A stretch of DNA of 64,000 nt from an uncultured Candidatus Saccharibacteria bacterium (GCA_964478705.1 CAYZIR010000003.1:17223-81222), one strand, 5' to 3'. Shown: positions 26,032 to 36,900, counted from the first letter of the stretch. Made by a program: numbers and translations. The notes: generated by a model not told the origin, from the letters alone.

Positions 26032-27303
26032 TTATGCGTTCTTGGTAATACGCTCACGACCACCCATGTATGGGCGGAGTGCCTCGGGAATGGTCACTGA
26101 ACCGTCTGCGTTTTGGTAGTTTTCAACAATGTGACAAAGAATGCGTGGCATCGCGAGCGCTGTGTTGTTGAGCGAGTGGACAAATCGCATCGTCCCATCA
26201 TCGTCTTTATAACGAATATTCAAACGACGTGTCTGGAAGTCGTGGAAGTAGGATGATGAGTGCGTCTCGCGGTATGTCTTTTCAGACGGCATCCACACTT
26301 CGATATCGTATTTCTTTACTTGACCAAGACCAATGTCGCCTCCGCAGTTGATAACGACGTGATACGGAAGATTGAGCTCCTGAAGAAGCTTCTCTGAGTT
26401 TTCAGTAAGTTCTTCGTGGATACGTACTGAGGTCTCATGGTTCGCTTCACATAAAACAACTTGTTCAAATTTGAAGAATTCATGAATGCGGAACACTCCC
26501 TTGGTGTCTTTGCCATAGCTTCCCGCTTCGCGACGAAAACACGGCGAGAACGCAAAAAATTTGAGCGGAAGCATGCTCTTATCAATCGTTTCGTTCATGA
26601 AGTACCCCATCATCGCAACCTCTGCCGTTCCTGCGAGATAGTCACCATCTTGTGTTTTATAGAGATCTTCTTCACTCTGTGGAAGATATCCAGTGCCCAT
26701 GAACGGTTCACGCTTTACGAGCGATGGCACGACCATCGGCGTAAATCCGTCACGCTCGCTGAATCGATCGATGACAAAACGCTCAAGTGCCCACATAAGA
26801 CGTGCCCCATCATTTTGAAGAAAGTACCCACGGAAGCCTGCAACTTTTGACCCTCGCTCGAAATCTGCCATACCATTCTCGAGCATCAAATCAACGTGAT
26901 TCTTTGGTTCAAAATCGAACGTGCGTGTATCACCCCACGTTTTCACCTCGACATTGTCTGCATCACTTGCTCCTTCTGGAACCGAGACATCGGGGACATT
27001 CGGTACGAGCACCATGAGATCGCGCCATGCGACCATGATTTCTTTGAGTTTGTCTTCTTTTGTCTGAAGTTCTTCTTTGAGGGTTCGCATCTGCGCAATC
27101 AACGCATCACGATCAGGGCCGTTCTTGGCAATGGCGTCCGTTGCAGTATTTTGTTGTGCACGAAGATCTTCGACAGCTTTGAGTACCTCACGGCGTTCAT
27201 CATCCACCTTGAGAAGTACATCGATATCAATATCGACGTGCTTTTTCTTTGCACCCGCGATGACTATGTCTTTGTTGTCTCGGATAAAATGTATATCAAG
27301 CAT
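26032..27303 (-). CDS. serS: serine--tRNA ligase
   Basis: MLDIHFIR, GTAE, FRREAGS, HSLNNTALAMPR. Confidence 0.97.
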   Translation of the reverse strand: MLDIHFIRDNKDIVIAGAKKKHVDIDIDVLLKVDDERREVLKAVEDLRAQQNTATDAIAKNGPDRDALIAQMRTLKEELQTKEDKLKEIMVAWRDLMVLVPNVPDVSVPEGASDADNVEVKTWGDTRTFDFEPKNHVDLMLENGMADFERGSKVAGFRGYFLQNDGARLMWALERFVIDRFSERDGFTPMVVPSLVKREPFMGTGYLPQSEEDLYKTQDGDYLAGTAEVAMMGYFMNETIDKSMLPLKFFAFSPCFRREAGSYGKDTKGVFRIHEFFKFEQVVLCEANHETSVRIHEELTENSEKLLQELNLPYHVVINCGGDIGLGQVKKYDIEVWMPSEKTYRETHSSSYFHDFQTRRLNIRYKDDDGTMRFVHSLNNTALAMPRILCHIVENYQNADGSVTIPEALRPYMGGRERITKNA

Positions 27304-27353
27304 GATGATTGCCTTTAGAATCCCTTTATATAGGCAAGTATATAGTATGCGCG

Positions 27354-28223
27354 ATGGATGCACAGCCCCCTATACGCACACTCTCAAAAAATGAATTTCC
27401 GCCTCTCCTACGCGAAATTCATGATCCACCGAAGCGTCTTTTTATACGCGGAAGTGATATCAATCAGTCATACATCTACCTCGCGGTTGTTGGCTCTCGG
27501 CGCTACTCTCACTATGGAAAAGACGTGTGCGAAAAACTCATCCACGGGCTTGCTGGGTATCCGATTTGTATTGTGTCAGGACTTGCCCTTGGTATTGATG
27601 CTGTTGCACATGAAAGTGCAATTCGTGCGGGACTCCCCACGATTGCGCTCCCTGGCTCAGGGATCGATGGACGCGTGCTCTACCCTCGTGCACACACTGG
27701 ACTCGCACGAACAATACTCTCTCATGGAGGTGCGCTTCTCTCGGAATATGAACCGATGCATGAAGCTGCGCCGTGGTGCTTTCCTGCCCGCAACCGAATC
27801 ATGGCCGGCATGTCTCACGCCGTGCTCGTTATTGAAGCACGAGAGCGTTCTGGGACACTCATAACCGCTCGCCTTGCGATGGAATGTGGGCGTGACGTGT
27901 TGGTTGTTCCTGCACCAATTTTTTCTCTCCACGGCATCGGAAGCAATCAATTGCTCCGAGAAGGTGCGCAGGTTGTTACATCATCAAAGGATATACTCCA
28001 AGCACTTGGTATTACACCTGACGAAACGACGGGCGCACCACTTCAGACCAACCTTTCCGACGACGAACGGATGTTGATAAAACTCCTTGAAGAGCCACAA
28101 CCGCTCGATGAACTTGTTAGACGCTCCGAGCTCCCTGTTTTTCGAACACAAACACTCATTTCAGCGCTCGAGATAAAGGGATATGTCGTGGAGAGACTCG
28201 GCATGATTGAGCGCGTACAATAA
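27354..28223 (+). CDS. dprA: DNA-processing protein DprA
   Basis: AVVGSR, VSGLALGIDAVAH, FPARNRI, SGTLITA. Confidence 0.96.
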   Translation: MDAQPPIRTLSKNEFPPLLREIHDPPKRLFIRGSDINQSYIYLAVVGSRRYSHYGKDVCEKLIHGLAGYPICIVSGLALGIDAVAHESAIRAGLPTIALPGSGIDGRVLYPRAHTGLARTILSHGGALLSEYEPMHEAAPWCFPARNRIMAGMSHAVLVIEARERSGTLITARLAMECGRDVLVVPAPIFSLHGIGSNQLLREGAQVVTSSKDILQALGITPDETTGAPLQTNLSDDERMLIKLLEEPQPLDELVRRSELPVFRTQTLISALEIKGYVVERLGMIERVQ

Positions 28224-28268
28224 AAAAATATTTGCAAAAGAAAACTATGTGTAGTATCTAGTTGCACT

Positions 28269-30497
28269 ATGAAGACACTTGTTATCGTCGAATCGCCAGC
28301 AAAAGCAAAGACGATAGAAAAATATCTTGGAGAGGGATACACCGTGAAAGCGAGTGTTGGTCACGTGCGTGACCTCCCAAAGAGCAACAAGAACGCTATC
28401 GACATCGAAGCGGGCTTTGTGCCGAACTACCAAATTGTCCCTGAAAAGAAGGAGATCATTAGCGATCTCAAAAGCGCTGTGGCAAAAGCGGACGAAGTAA
28501 TTCTTGCAACTGACCCCGACCGTGAAGGCGAGGCAATTGCATGGCATCTGGTAGAAGCCCTCGGACTCGCGAATGGAAAAAAGAAATCAAATAAAAAATT
28601 CTCTCGTATTACCTTCCATGAAATCACGCAGGAAGCAATTCTTGAAGCGATGAAACATCCGCGCGCGATTGATGAGCACTTGCGGGAAGCACAGGAAGCG
28701 CGACGCGTGCTCGACCGTCTCGTCGGCTACGATCTCTCCGGTCTTATTTGGAAAAAGGTTCGCTACGGGCTCTCCGCTGGTCGCGTACAGTCCCCTGCGC
28801 TTCGCATTTTGATGGAGCGTGAACGTGAAATACGCGCATTCATTCCCGAAACCTACTGGACACTCACCGCAACACTTACAACAAAAAAAGGAGAAACAAT
28901 TGTACTGTCAGCACAGGAAGAACCGCGCGACCGAACGCGCGTTGATGAAATCCTCTCAGCGGGACGTACTGGCACGTGGTCTGTTGATGACGTAAAAGAA
29001 ACAGAAGTTGCACGAAATGCACGCGCACCATTCACCACGTCAACATTGCAACAGTCAGCAAGCACACGACTCGGGTTTTCCCCGTCACGAACGATGCGCG
29101 CCGCGCAAAAACTCTACGAGGTGGGAAAGATTACCTACATGCGAACTGACAGCACTAACCTTTCAGCGGGAGCACGTACTGAAATACTCTCCGTGGTGGC
29201 AGAAAAATTCGGCGCAGACTACGCGGAAGCCCACACATTCGCAAGCAAGAGTAAAAACGCACAAGAAGCACACGAAGCAATTCGTCCAACACACGCAAAA
29301 ACACTTACTGCAGGAGCAACCGACGACGAAAAGCGTCTCTATGAGCTGATTTGGAGTCGTACCGTCGCAAGCCAAATGGCAAGTGCTCGTTTGATGCAAA
29401 CAAAGATCATTGCGACAACGACGGATGCACGCGTACCTGAGTTTAGTGTCACCGGAAGCCGTGTGATGTTCCCCGGATGGCTCTCCGCGGATCCATCTGC
29501 GCGTGGTGAAGACGTGGAACTTCCGAAGGTCGCGCCGAAAGAGTCACTCACACTCAAAGAACTCACTGAGCTCGAAAAACAAACTCAACCACCTTCACGA
29601 TACTCTGAGGCAGGTCTCATTAAAGAGCTTGAAAAGCGTGGTATCGGACGACCGTCAACGTATGCAGCGATTATCCGCACGCTCGAAGAACGCGGATATG
29701 TTCTCAAGGAAAATCGCACACTGACTCCCACAGACACTGGCGATGTGGTTTCTACATTCATCGAAACACATTTCGCGGACTACATCAGCGATTCGTTCAC
29801 GTCGGAGATGGAAGACGAACTCGATGAAATCGCACGTGGTGAGCGCGAGTACACAAAAACGTTAAAAGATTTTTATACACCATTCACCAAAGAGGTCGCA
29901 AAGCGCGGAAAAGAAGCTGGTAAAATTACAGACCTCGGCGCTGCTCCAAAAGAATTTCCTTGTCCAAAATGTAAAAGTCCGATGGTCATCAAGCTCGGCA
30001 AGAACGGCAAGTTCATGAGTTGCGACAAATTTCCTGAGTGTGACGGTGCGCGCACTATCGATGGTCTCGAGATGAAAGCACCTGAAGCGATTGGTAATGA
30101 CCCAGCATCAGGTGAACCGATTTTCGTTTTGACTGGCCCGTACGGCCCGTACGTTCAGATGGGTATCGCGGTAAAAAAAGAAAAAGGATCGAAGACGAAG
30201 GTCAAAGCGCCGAAGCCACGACGCGCAAGCATCCCGAAAGACAAAATCCCTGAAGATGTGACGCTTGAGGAAGCACTCAAGTATCTTTCGCTCCCGCGCG
30301 AACTCGGCATGCATCCTGAAAGTGGTAAAGCAGTTGTTGCAAACATCGGACGCTTCGGTCCGTACATCGGCCACGACGGTGATTTTCGATCGCTCAAAAC
30401 CGACGATCCATACACCATCACCTTCGAACGTGCACTCGAGATTTTGAAAGAACCCAAAAAAGTCGGTCGTGGCCGTTTCGCGAAGAAAAAGAAGTAA
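28269..30497 (+). CDS. topA: DNA topoisomerase I
   Basis: IVESPAK, ATDPDREGE, SAGRVQ, ITYMRTD, zinc ribbon and C-terminal repeats. Confidence 0.98.
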   Translation: MKTLVIVESPAKAKTIEKYLGEGYTVKASVGHVRDLPKSNKNAIDIEAGFVPNYQIVPEKKEIISDLKSAVAKADEVILATDPDREGEAIAWHLVEALGLANGKKKSNKKFSRITFHEITQEAILEAMKHPRAIDEHLREAQEARRVLDRLVGYDLSGLIWKKVRYGLSAGRVQSPALRILMEREREIRAFIPETYWTLTATLTTKKGETIVLSAQEEPRDRTRVDEILSAGRTGTWSVDDVKETEVARNARAPFTTSTLQQSASTRLGFSPSRTMRAAQKLYEVGKITYMRTDSTNLSAGARTEILSVVAEKFGADYAEAHTFASKSKNAQEAHEAIRPTHAKTLTAGATDDEKRLYELIWSRTVASQMASARLMQTKIIATTTDARVPEFSVTGSRVMFPGWLSADPSARGEDVELPKVAPKESLTLKELTELEKQTQPPSRYSEAGLIKELEKRGIGRPSTYAAIIRTLEERGYVLKENRTLTPTDTGDVVSTFIETHFADYISDSFTSEMEDELDEIARGEREYTKTLKDFYTPFTKEVAKRGKEAGKITDLGAAPKEFPCPKCKSPMVIKLGKNGKFMSCDKFPECDGARTIDGLEMKAPEAIGNDPASGEPIFVLTGPYGPYVQMGIAVKKEKGSKTKVKAPKPRRASIPKDKIPEDVTLEEALKYLSLPRELGMHPESGKAVVANIGRFGPYIGHDGDFRSLKTDDPYTITFERALEILKEPKKVGRGRFAKKKK

Positions 30498-30549
30498 TCA
30501 CGGTTTCGCCTGATTTATACAGACACAAAAATATGTGGTATTATTCGAC

Positions 30550-32034
30550 ATGGAACCTGACGTACAAGAACTCCTCGAAAACCTTGTTGTCACCTCATCC
30601 CAAGAGCGCGAGCTGATTACTCGCGCATACACGTACGCACAAAACGCCCACAAAGGACACCAAAGGGAGTCCGGTCTTCCGTATTTCACGCACCTCGTTG
30701 AAACGGCAAAAAATCTTGCCCGTCTCGGTGCAGATGCACAAACAATCGCCGCAGGACTCCTCCACGACACCATCGAGGATACCGATGTCACGGCAGACGA
30801 TATCCGTCGCGAATTCGGCGACGATGTGCTCTTCCTTGTTGAAGGAGTGACGAAACTTGGGAAGCTCAAATACCGTGGTCTTAAACGACACGTCGAAACA
30901 CTACGCAAACTCTTTGTCGCAACAGCTGAAGATGTTCGCGTGATTCTCATAAAACTCGCTGATCGGCTTCACAACCTCCGCTCTATCAAAGCGCTATCGC
31001 CCGATCGACAGAAGCGCATCGCACAAGAGACGCTTGAAATATACGCCCCAATCGCACATCGTCTTGGTATTGGCCAGTTGAAAGGAGAACTCGAAGATTT
31101 GTCATTTGAAATACTACATCCTCGTGAATACAAAGAAACCCTTCGTATCCGCAATGAGAAGCATGCGCAAACACTCAGTGACCTTGGACATGTGACCGAG
31201 GAGATACGCGCCATGCTCACAAAAGCTGATATCGACGTCATCTCAATCGATCACCGCATCAAACATTTATACAGCCTTCATAAAAAATTGCGTGATAGAG
31301 ATATGAATATCGATGAGGTGTATGACGTCGCTGCACTTCGTGTCATCGTACCAACACTCGAAGACTGCTACCTCACGCTTGGACTCATTCACAGCGTATG
31401 GAAACCCCTCCCTGGACGCATCAAAGACTACATCGCCATGCCAAAGGGCAACGGATATCAGAGTCTTCACACCACGATATTTACGGGCACGGGGACAATC
31501 ATAGAAATACAGGTTCGTACAAAAGAAATGCATGCAATCGCTGAGCTCGGTGTTGCATCGCATGTTTCATACAAAGAGAAAAAGAGTACCTCGGTCGAAG
31601 AGATACAAGGTCTCCGCACGCTGATTGATTTACCTACGTCACACGGGTGGCTTCAGGAACTTGCACGCGAACAAAAAGAGACAAAACACACAACATCCTT
31701 CATGCAAGGACTCAAACGCGACTTCTTCAAGGAACGCATTATTGTGTTTACTCCACGCGGAGAAGTTGTCGATCTCCCAGAGCACGCAACCCCTATCGAT
31801 TTTGCGTATGCAATTCACACCGATCTTGGCAATCATGCTTCAGGAGCACGGGTGAATGGAACGTTTGTCGCACTTTCAACGAAGCTCAAACACGGCGACA
31901 TCGTGTTAATTGAAACAAAAGAAAGTGCACGACCATCATCAAAGTGGCTTCGCTGGGTGAAGACGGCAAATGCCCGGAGAAAAATCCGTACGATGCTTGG
32001 ATTAACGGACGATACTACTGTTAAACCAGAATAG
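30550..32034 (+). CDS. RelA/SpoT (p)ppGpp synthetase/hydrolase (HD-SYNTH-TGS)
   Basis: LLHDTIEDT, KLADRLHN, NGYQSLHT, EIQVRT, TPIDFAYAIH. Confidence 0.95.
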   Translation: MEPDVQELLENLVVTSSQERELITRAYTYAQNAHKGHQRESGLPYFTHLVETAKNLARLGADAQTIAAGLLHDTIEDTDVTADDIRREFGDDVLFLVEGVTKLGKLKYRGLKRHVETLRKLFVATAEDVRVILIKLADRLHNLRSIKALSPDRQKRIAQETLEIYAPIAHRLGIGQLKGELEDLSFEILHPREYKETLRIRNEKHAQTLSDLGHVTEEIRAMLTKADIDVISIDHRIKHLYSLHKKLRDRDMNIDEVYDVAALRVIVPTLEDCYLTLGLIHSVWKPLPGRIKDYIAMPKGNGYQSLHTTIFTGTGTIIEIQVRTKEMHAIAELGVASHVSYKEKKSTSVEEIQGLRTLIDLPTSHGWLQELAREQKETKHTTSFMQGLKRDFFKERIIVFTPRGEVVDLPEHATPIDFAYAIHTDLGNHASGARVNGTFVALSTKLKHGDIVLIETKESARPSSKWLRWVKTANARRKIRTMLGLTDDTTVKPE

Positions 32035-32066
32035 ATAAAAGCCCCACTCCGAAAGAAGTGGGGCTT
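32035..32066. terminator. terminator between convergent genes
   Basis: AAGCCCCACT/AGTGGGGCTT. Confidence 0.75.
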
Positions 32067-32079
32067 ACTGTTAGAGGTA

Positions 32080-32694
32080 CTAAGTCTGATTGAACACCCA
32101 GCAACTATCTGCTGGCCACTGACGGTTCTCAGAGCTATAAGAAATACTGAGCCATCGGTCGTCAGAGTCTCGTTCGACTCGAAAGATTTCTCTTCCACCG
32201 CTGGCAATAAGGAGAGACTCCCCCTTTTTCTGCTCGGCGTAGTCCAAACGAAGTGTAAGAGCAACTCTGTCTTCAACACCAACTAAACCGAGTCGCCATG
32301 CCCCGTGATAAATGTCACGCAGTACGGCGCCGTGAGAAAATCCAAGTTGTGCAAGCGTTACCGCAACAAGATCAAAATGAGTCTCACGCTGGTCGAACCA
32401 TTGTGCCCTTTTCTGCTCAACAAAGTGTTTAGCACGAAGACTAGTCCTATACCCTGAGCGTTCGACTTCCGCAAGAAGGCGAGTCAGACTTCCATCCCCC
32501 TCCGCAAGAGTGACCTTTCTCAAGATTGGGAACATCACTCTCCTTGGAAAACGCCCCTCTATGGCATCTTGAAGATGGAGTTTCAGAGCTTCCAGACTAT
32601 AGGGATAGCCCCTTGCCTGACGAAGCTGACGCTCGATCTCAAACAACTGCCCAAACAATCTTTCCTTGAGCTCGCCTGCGACCATGGTGGCCAT
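32080..32694 (-). CDS. hypothetical protein
   Basis: ORF from MATMVAG with upstream purine tract; LVAVTLAQLGF...WVF pattern. Confidence 0.7.
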   Translation of the reverse strand: MATMVAGELKERLFGQLFEIERQLRQARGYPYSLEALKLHLQDAIEGRFPRRVMFPILRKVTLAEGDGSLTRLLAEVERSGYRTSLRAKHFVEQKRAQWFDQRETHFDLVAVTLAQLGFSHGAVLRDIYHGAWRLGLVGVEDRVALTLRLDYAEQKKGESLLIASGGREIFRVERDSDDRWLSISYSSENRQWPADSCWVFNQT

Positions 32695-32773
32695 GACGAC
32701 CTTTCTCTTTTTTTGCGGCCGAAATTGACCGCTCCTGAATTGGACTATACATTTAAAAACAGTGGGAGTCAAA

Positions 32774-33736
32774 CTACACGCTAAAATTCGAAACCGCGTA
32801 GAGGTCATCGTCGGAGTCTTTCGTCGTTGGAGTGTGTGATTGCTCCGCTATATTTATCGGAGGTGTATCCGGCGTAGGTGGTGGAGGGGTCTCAACAGCC
32901 TGTGCTGGCGTTTCTTTTGCGTTCAAGAGTAGGAGAATTTTTTTGATGTCGTCCGGTGAAAAATAGTCAATCATGATGCGACCACCAAGACCGGTTGGTT
33001 CGACACGAACGCGTGTGCCAAGCGCCTCCGACACTTCATTTTCGAGTGCGACAATATCAGGATCGTACATCCTGTCTTTCTTGCGAACTTTTTCGACAGC
33101 AATACGTCGCGAAATTTGCTCGGCATCGCGCACGGTGATTTTCTTCAAGAGAATCTCTTTGAAGAGTGTCATCTGCTCTTCGGGTCTGTTCGCGAGCATC
33201 AACAGTGGGCGAGTGTGACCTTCGGTGATTTTTCCTTCACCGAGCGCTTGGAGTATCTCAGGTGAAAGAAGGAGAAGACGAATGGTGTTTGAAACATATT
33301 CACGACTCTTCCCCACTTTCGAGGCGATTTGACCGTGCGACAACTTAAATGTGTCGGCGAGCTGTTTGAACGCGTGGGCGCGCTCAACAGGACTAATGTC
33401 TTCGCGCTGGAGGTTTTCGATAATCGCAAGCTCCAACTTTACTTGCTCATTTTGTTCATCATCGCGAATAATGACCGGAACCTGTGAGAGACCTGCCATC
33501 TTTGATGCACGCAGACGTCGCTCTCCTGCAATTAACTCGTACTGTACAGAGAGACCGCCGGTGTCTTTCATGCTCTCGCGTTGTGTAACCACGAGCGGTT
33601 GCAAGACACCGTACTGTCGGATTGAGTCGGAGAGGTCTTTCAATTTTTGCTCGTCGAAAAAGCGCCGTGGCTGGTACGGGTTTGGAACAATTTTTTCGAC
33701 TTCAACCCAAAAAATAGAATCTCCCTGAATTGCCAT
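32774..33736 (-). CDS. parB: ParB/Spo0J partition protein
   Basis: NPYQPR, IAGERRLRA, IENLQRED, HTH. Confidence 0.96.
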   Translation of the reverse strand: MAIQGDSIFWVEVEKIVPNPYQPRRFFDEQKLKDLSDSIRQYGVLQPLVVTQRESMKDTGGLSVQYELIAGERRLRASKMAGLSQVPVIIRDDEQNEQVKLELAIIENLQREDISPVERAHAFKQLADTFKLSHGQIASKVGKSREYVSNTIRLLLLSPEILQALGEGKITEGHTRPLLMLANRPEEQMTLFKEILLKKITVRDAEQISRRIAVEKVRKKDRMYDPDIVALENEVSEALGTRVRVEPTGLGGRIMIDYFSPDDIKKILLLLNAKETPAQAVETPPPPTPDTPPINIAEQSHTPTTKDSDDDLYAVSNFSV

Positions 33737-33837
33737 ACGAAATTAACTTAGATGAAACTATTGTAACAGAGAGATAAGTATAAAAATACATTTATTGTTA
33801 CTTTGAGTCATCCTTGATATAGTGTTTTCAAAGACGC

Positions 33838-33920
33838 GCCGAGGTGGTGGAATAGCAGACACGCAGGACTCAAAATCCTGTGCTCGCAAGAGCGTGAGGG
33901 TGCAAGTCCCTCTCTCGGCA
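33838..33920 (+). tRNA. tRNA-Leu(CAA)
   Basis: Acceptor GCCGAGG/TCTCGGC, CAGGA-CTCAAAA-TCCTG, long variable arm. Confidence 0.93.
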
Positions 33921-33923
33921 CAC

Positions 33924-34604
33924 ATGAAAAAACGGCTTCCTGATAAAGATTTTATATGGACGCCGTCTTTGGCATATGCAGTCGGACTCATTGTCACTGA
34001 CGGCAATCTTTCTTCGGACGGACGCCACATCATTATGCGTTCCAGTGAGAAACAACTCTTGGAAACGTACAAACATTGCTTACAACTTAGAAATATAAAG
34101 GTTGGCACATCCCGTTCAAGTGGTCACACCACTAAACTCTCGTATCGCGTGCAACATGGTGACGTGCGTTTGTATCGATGGTTGGAAAAAATAGGCATTA
34201 CCGCCCACAAAACACACACGATAGGAGCCATAGCAATCCCTGATGCAATGTTTTTGGATTTTCTTCGCGGCCATCTTGATGGTGATGGTTCAATCACAAC
34301 GTATACCGATCGTTGGAATACATTCAAAAACCCTAACTATGTGTATGAACGCTTGTGGCTCCGATTTCTTTCGGCAAGCGAAACGCATATGATATGGCTT
34401 CAAAAAAGAATAGAGAAAATTATGGGTGTAAAAGGACATCTTAATAAACGTACTCCCCGTGACTCAAGACATGTTCCGATGTACTCGCTGAAGTTTGGCA
34501 AAAAGGATTCACTTGTTCTCCTAAAGCACCTATATCCACATAAACGTGTTCCGTGTTTGAAGCGAAAGAGAAAAATTGCTGAACCATTTTTATCTCGAAT
34601 ATAA
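33924..34604 (+). CDS. free-standing LAGLIDADG homing endonuclease-like protein
   Basis: Two motifs: YAVGLIVTDG and FLRGHLDGDG. Confidence 0.9.
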   Translation: MKKRLPDKDFIWTPSLAYAVGLIVTDGNLSSDGRHIIMRSSEKQLLETYKHCLQLRNIKVGTSRSSGHTTKLSYRVQHGDVRLYRWLEKIGITAHKTHTIGAIAIPDAMFLDFLRGHLDGDGSITTYTDRWNTFKNPNYVYERLWLRFLSASETHMIWLQKRIEKIMGVKGHLNKRTPRDSRHVPMYSLKFGKKDSLVLLKHLYPHKRVPCLKRKRKIAEPFLSRI

Positions 34605-34711
34605 AAACATCGCCATTGCTCTAACGGTAACGCCATAGGAAACCTCTGTGACTTTTTTGCACATCTGCTGTAGGATGCCTAAGGACAAACAACAACCGGA
34701 GAAATGTCTCT

Positions 34712-35308
34712 ATGGATATCATCCTTTCATCGCGAAATCCGAGCAAGGCGGAACAAATCAGAGCAGTCTTTGCAGATTCGGCGTTTAGGGTCATTTCGCT
34801 CTCTGAAGCAGGAATAGACGGAGAGGCAATCGAGGATGGTACGACGCTCGAACAAAACGCGTTCAAGAAGGCGCATTTTGCGTGGGAGCGAAGTAAGTCC
34901 TTGGTGATGGCTGACGACACTGGCTTTTTCATCACCGCTCTCGACGGCATTCCTGGAGTCAACGCCGCACGATGGGCAGGAGAAGAAGCGACCACGGAAG
35001 AGATAACGAGGCACACCCTCACACAACTCGAGGGTCACTCCAACCGGTCTGCATTCTTCGAAACGGTCGTGGTGGTCATCACCCCTGAGGGCGAGAAATA
35101 TTTCTTTAGTGGCAGGGTCTCTGGCCACATCCTCGAAGCGCCACGCACGAAAGCCCAGCCGAAGATGCCGTACAGTCCGATCTTCGTTCCTGAGGGGCAT
35201 GATCGCGTGTGGGCAGAAATGACTGTGGAAGAAGAGAATGCAATTTCTCACCGAGGGAAAGCGTTCCGAACGACTCGCAGATTTCTCGAATGGTTGTATC
35301 GTTCCTAG
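34712..35308 (+). CDS. rdgB: non-canonical purine NTP pyrophosphatase (RdgB/HAM1)
   Basis: SRNPSK, ADDTG, PGVNAAR, ISHRGKA. Confidence 0.92.
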   Translation: MDIILSSRNPSKAEQIRAVFADSAFRVISLSEAGIDGEAIEDGTTLEQNAFKKAHFAWERSKSLVMADDTGFFITALDGIPGVNAARWAGEEATTEEITRHTLTQLEGHSNRSAFFETVVVVITPEGEKYFFSGRVSGHILEAPRTKAQPKMPYSPIFVPEGHDRVWAEMTVEEENAISHRGKAFRTTRRFLEWLYRS

Positions 35309-35385
35309 TTTTCACTTTTGTGCTGTCGCATTGTCCTGCGACAGCACTTGTTTTTTATACGCACTGCATAGCATTATGAATACCT

Positions 35386-36153
35386 ATGGTGTTTCCTCTA
35401 TCCGCCCTCTTACCGTATCTCGGAGCCAGCATTCTCGGAGTGTTCAACATGATCCTCTGGGGTCTGTATGGAGATCTCCTTGTTGAGAAATTCGGATTAA
35501 AGAAGGTATTCCGTTCTATTGTCTTTGCCTTGGTTGCAAGCATTTTTCTCTATGTTCTTGACCAAAACATTCCGCTTTTTCTTGTTGCTTTAGCATCGAT
35601 AGCGCTTGAACGACTCCTCACAGAATTCTACAAAGCGCTGTGGCGAAGCGAGGGTCAGGAGAAGTATGCGATTCCCTCTGATCTTAATATCACGCTTTCC
35701 CTTCCCCTTCGGCGCCTTCTTTTTGTTGCCCTTGTGATTCTTGTAGCACTTTTGATTCTCAACGTGCCTCTTCCTACATCAGGACTTCTTTTGGGAATTG
35801 TTGCTGGGTGTATAACTGCAATCGGTGGAACCCTGAAAGATGCTCCTCACGAAGGATTTCGCTTAATAAAGTTTTTTAGAAGTCCTGTGATTGCGGTTGT
35901 AATCGGTCTGCTCCTCGCTTCCTTTTTCCCTCAGAGCAACGGAATGATGTTACTTCTTGCCATATTCGGCGGCGAGCGAATCGTTTCTGAATTCTATAAA
36001 AAGATATTGATGGGAAGAGTTCCAGGGAAATTTAAAGAAACACTTCCTAAAAATCAATTCTGGTCGCAACATAGAAAGTGGCTTTTGTTTGTGTACGTTG
36101 CGAACATCGTGTTACTCGTCGTACTCCTATTCATTGACATCTCTTTGAAATAA
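35386..36153 (+). CDS. hypothetical membrane protein with internal duplication
   Basis: Repeated (K/G)F.L.K.FRS...ER..(T/S)EFYK modules. Confidence 0.75.
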   Translation: MVFPLSALLPYLGASILGVFNMILWGLYGDLLVEKFGLKKVFRSIVFALVASIFLYVLDQNIPLFLVALASIALERLLTEFYKALWRSEGQEKYAIPSDLNITLSLPLRRLLFVALVILVALLILNVPLPTSGLLLGIVAGCITAIGGTLKDAPHEGFRLIKFFRSPVIAVVIGLLLASFFPQSNGMMLLLAIFGGERIVSEFYKKILMGRVPGKFKETLPKNQFWSQHRKWLLFVYVANIVLLVVLLFIDISLK

Positions 36154-36194
36154 TTTTAATATCACATCAGATATACATTCGAAAGGGAGACTTT

Positions 36195-36551
36195 GTGTCC
36201 AATCCTCAGCGAAGTTGGCTTCAACTCGAGCTTGATAAGCCTTGGGGCAAGAGGCTTGATGGGCTTCCCCACAGTAAAGGGCATGGATGCCCCGAATGTG
36301 GTCATGGAGGTATGTTCATCCCGTCTAGTCATCAAAGAACAGGCGACCTTGTTGCCGGATTCACTCCGCATGGTGCACCGAAAGCTGCCTACAGAGATGA
36401 CGGGTCAGCACTCGTTCTTGAGTGCCCGCGTTGCTTTGAGTCGTGGTGGATTCACATCTCCGCAGAGCTTGTCATCAACATTGCACCCCATTGCAAGGAT
36501 TGGCCAGAAAGAAAGCGAGAAATAAGCGTCCACCCCGAGGAGGGTCCATGA
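36195..36551 (+). CDS. hypothetical zinc-ribbon protein
   Basis: CPEC...CPRC; SD AAGGGAG before GTG. Confidence 0.65.
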   Translation: MSNPQRSWLQLELDKPWGKRLDGLPHSKGHGCPECGHGGMFIPSSHQRTGDLVAGFTPHGAPKAAYRDDGSALVLECPRCFESWWIHISAELVINIAPHCKDWPERKREISVHPEEGP

Positions 36552-36847
36552 ATACCGCCCCAATACCAGGTCTTCTGTGGTTTGCTCTGATTATTCTCGA
36601 CACCGTCGTCTGGATCATGAAGTTTGTCTTTTTCATCCCCATGGAAATCAAACGGGTGATCAAAGACGAAAGTGCGCCTGCGCGGTGGGTTTCTATCCTC
36701 TCTGCAAGTCTGGGATTCATCGGAGTCGCCGTCACAATTTCGGCCTGGTTCTTTGGATGGTATTGGCCATGCTACGGCATCGCACTCGTCTTCTACCTCC
36801 TTGGTTTTTACATGGTGGTGGAGCGAGACAGATTGAGTAGTGACTGA
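36548..36847 (+). CDS. hypothetical three-TM membrane protein
   Basis: SD GAGGAGG, ATGA overlap with the preceding ORF. Confidence 0.65.
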   Translation: MNTAPIPGLLWFALIILDTVVWIMKFVFFIPMEIKRVIKDESAPARWVSILSASLGFIGVAVTISAWFFGWYWPCYGIALVFYLLGFYMVVERDRLSSD

Positions 36848-36900
36848 AAGAACGCCTGTTCCTCGAACCGACCTCCGATTCACTCGGAGGTCGTCATTGT

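Noticed and set aside
33822-33923. N-terminal extension of the LAGLIDADG ORF, or a group I intron
   Set aside because: The extension is read-through of tRNA-Leu; the tRNA is intact and I see no intron core or split exon.
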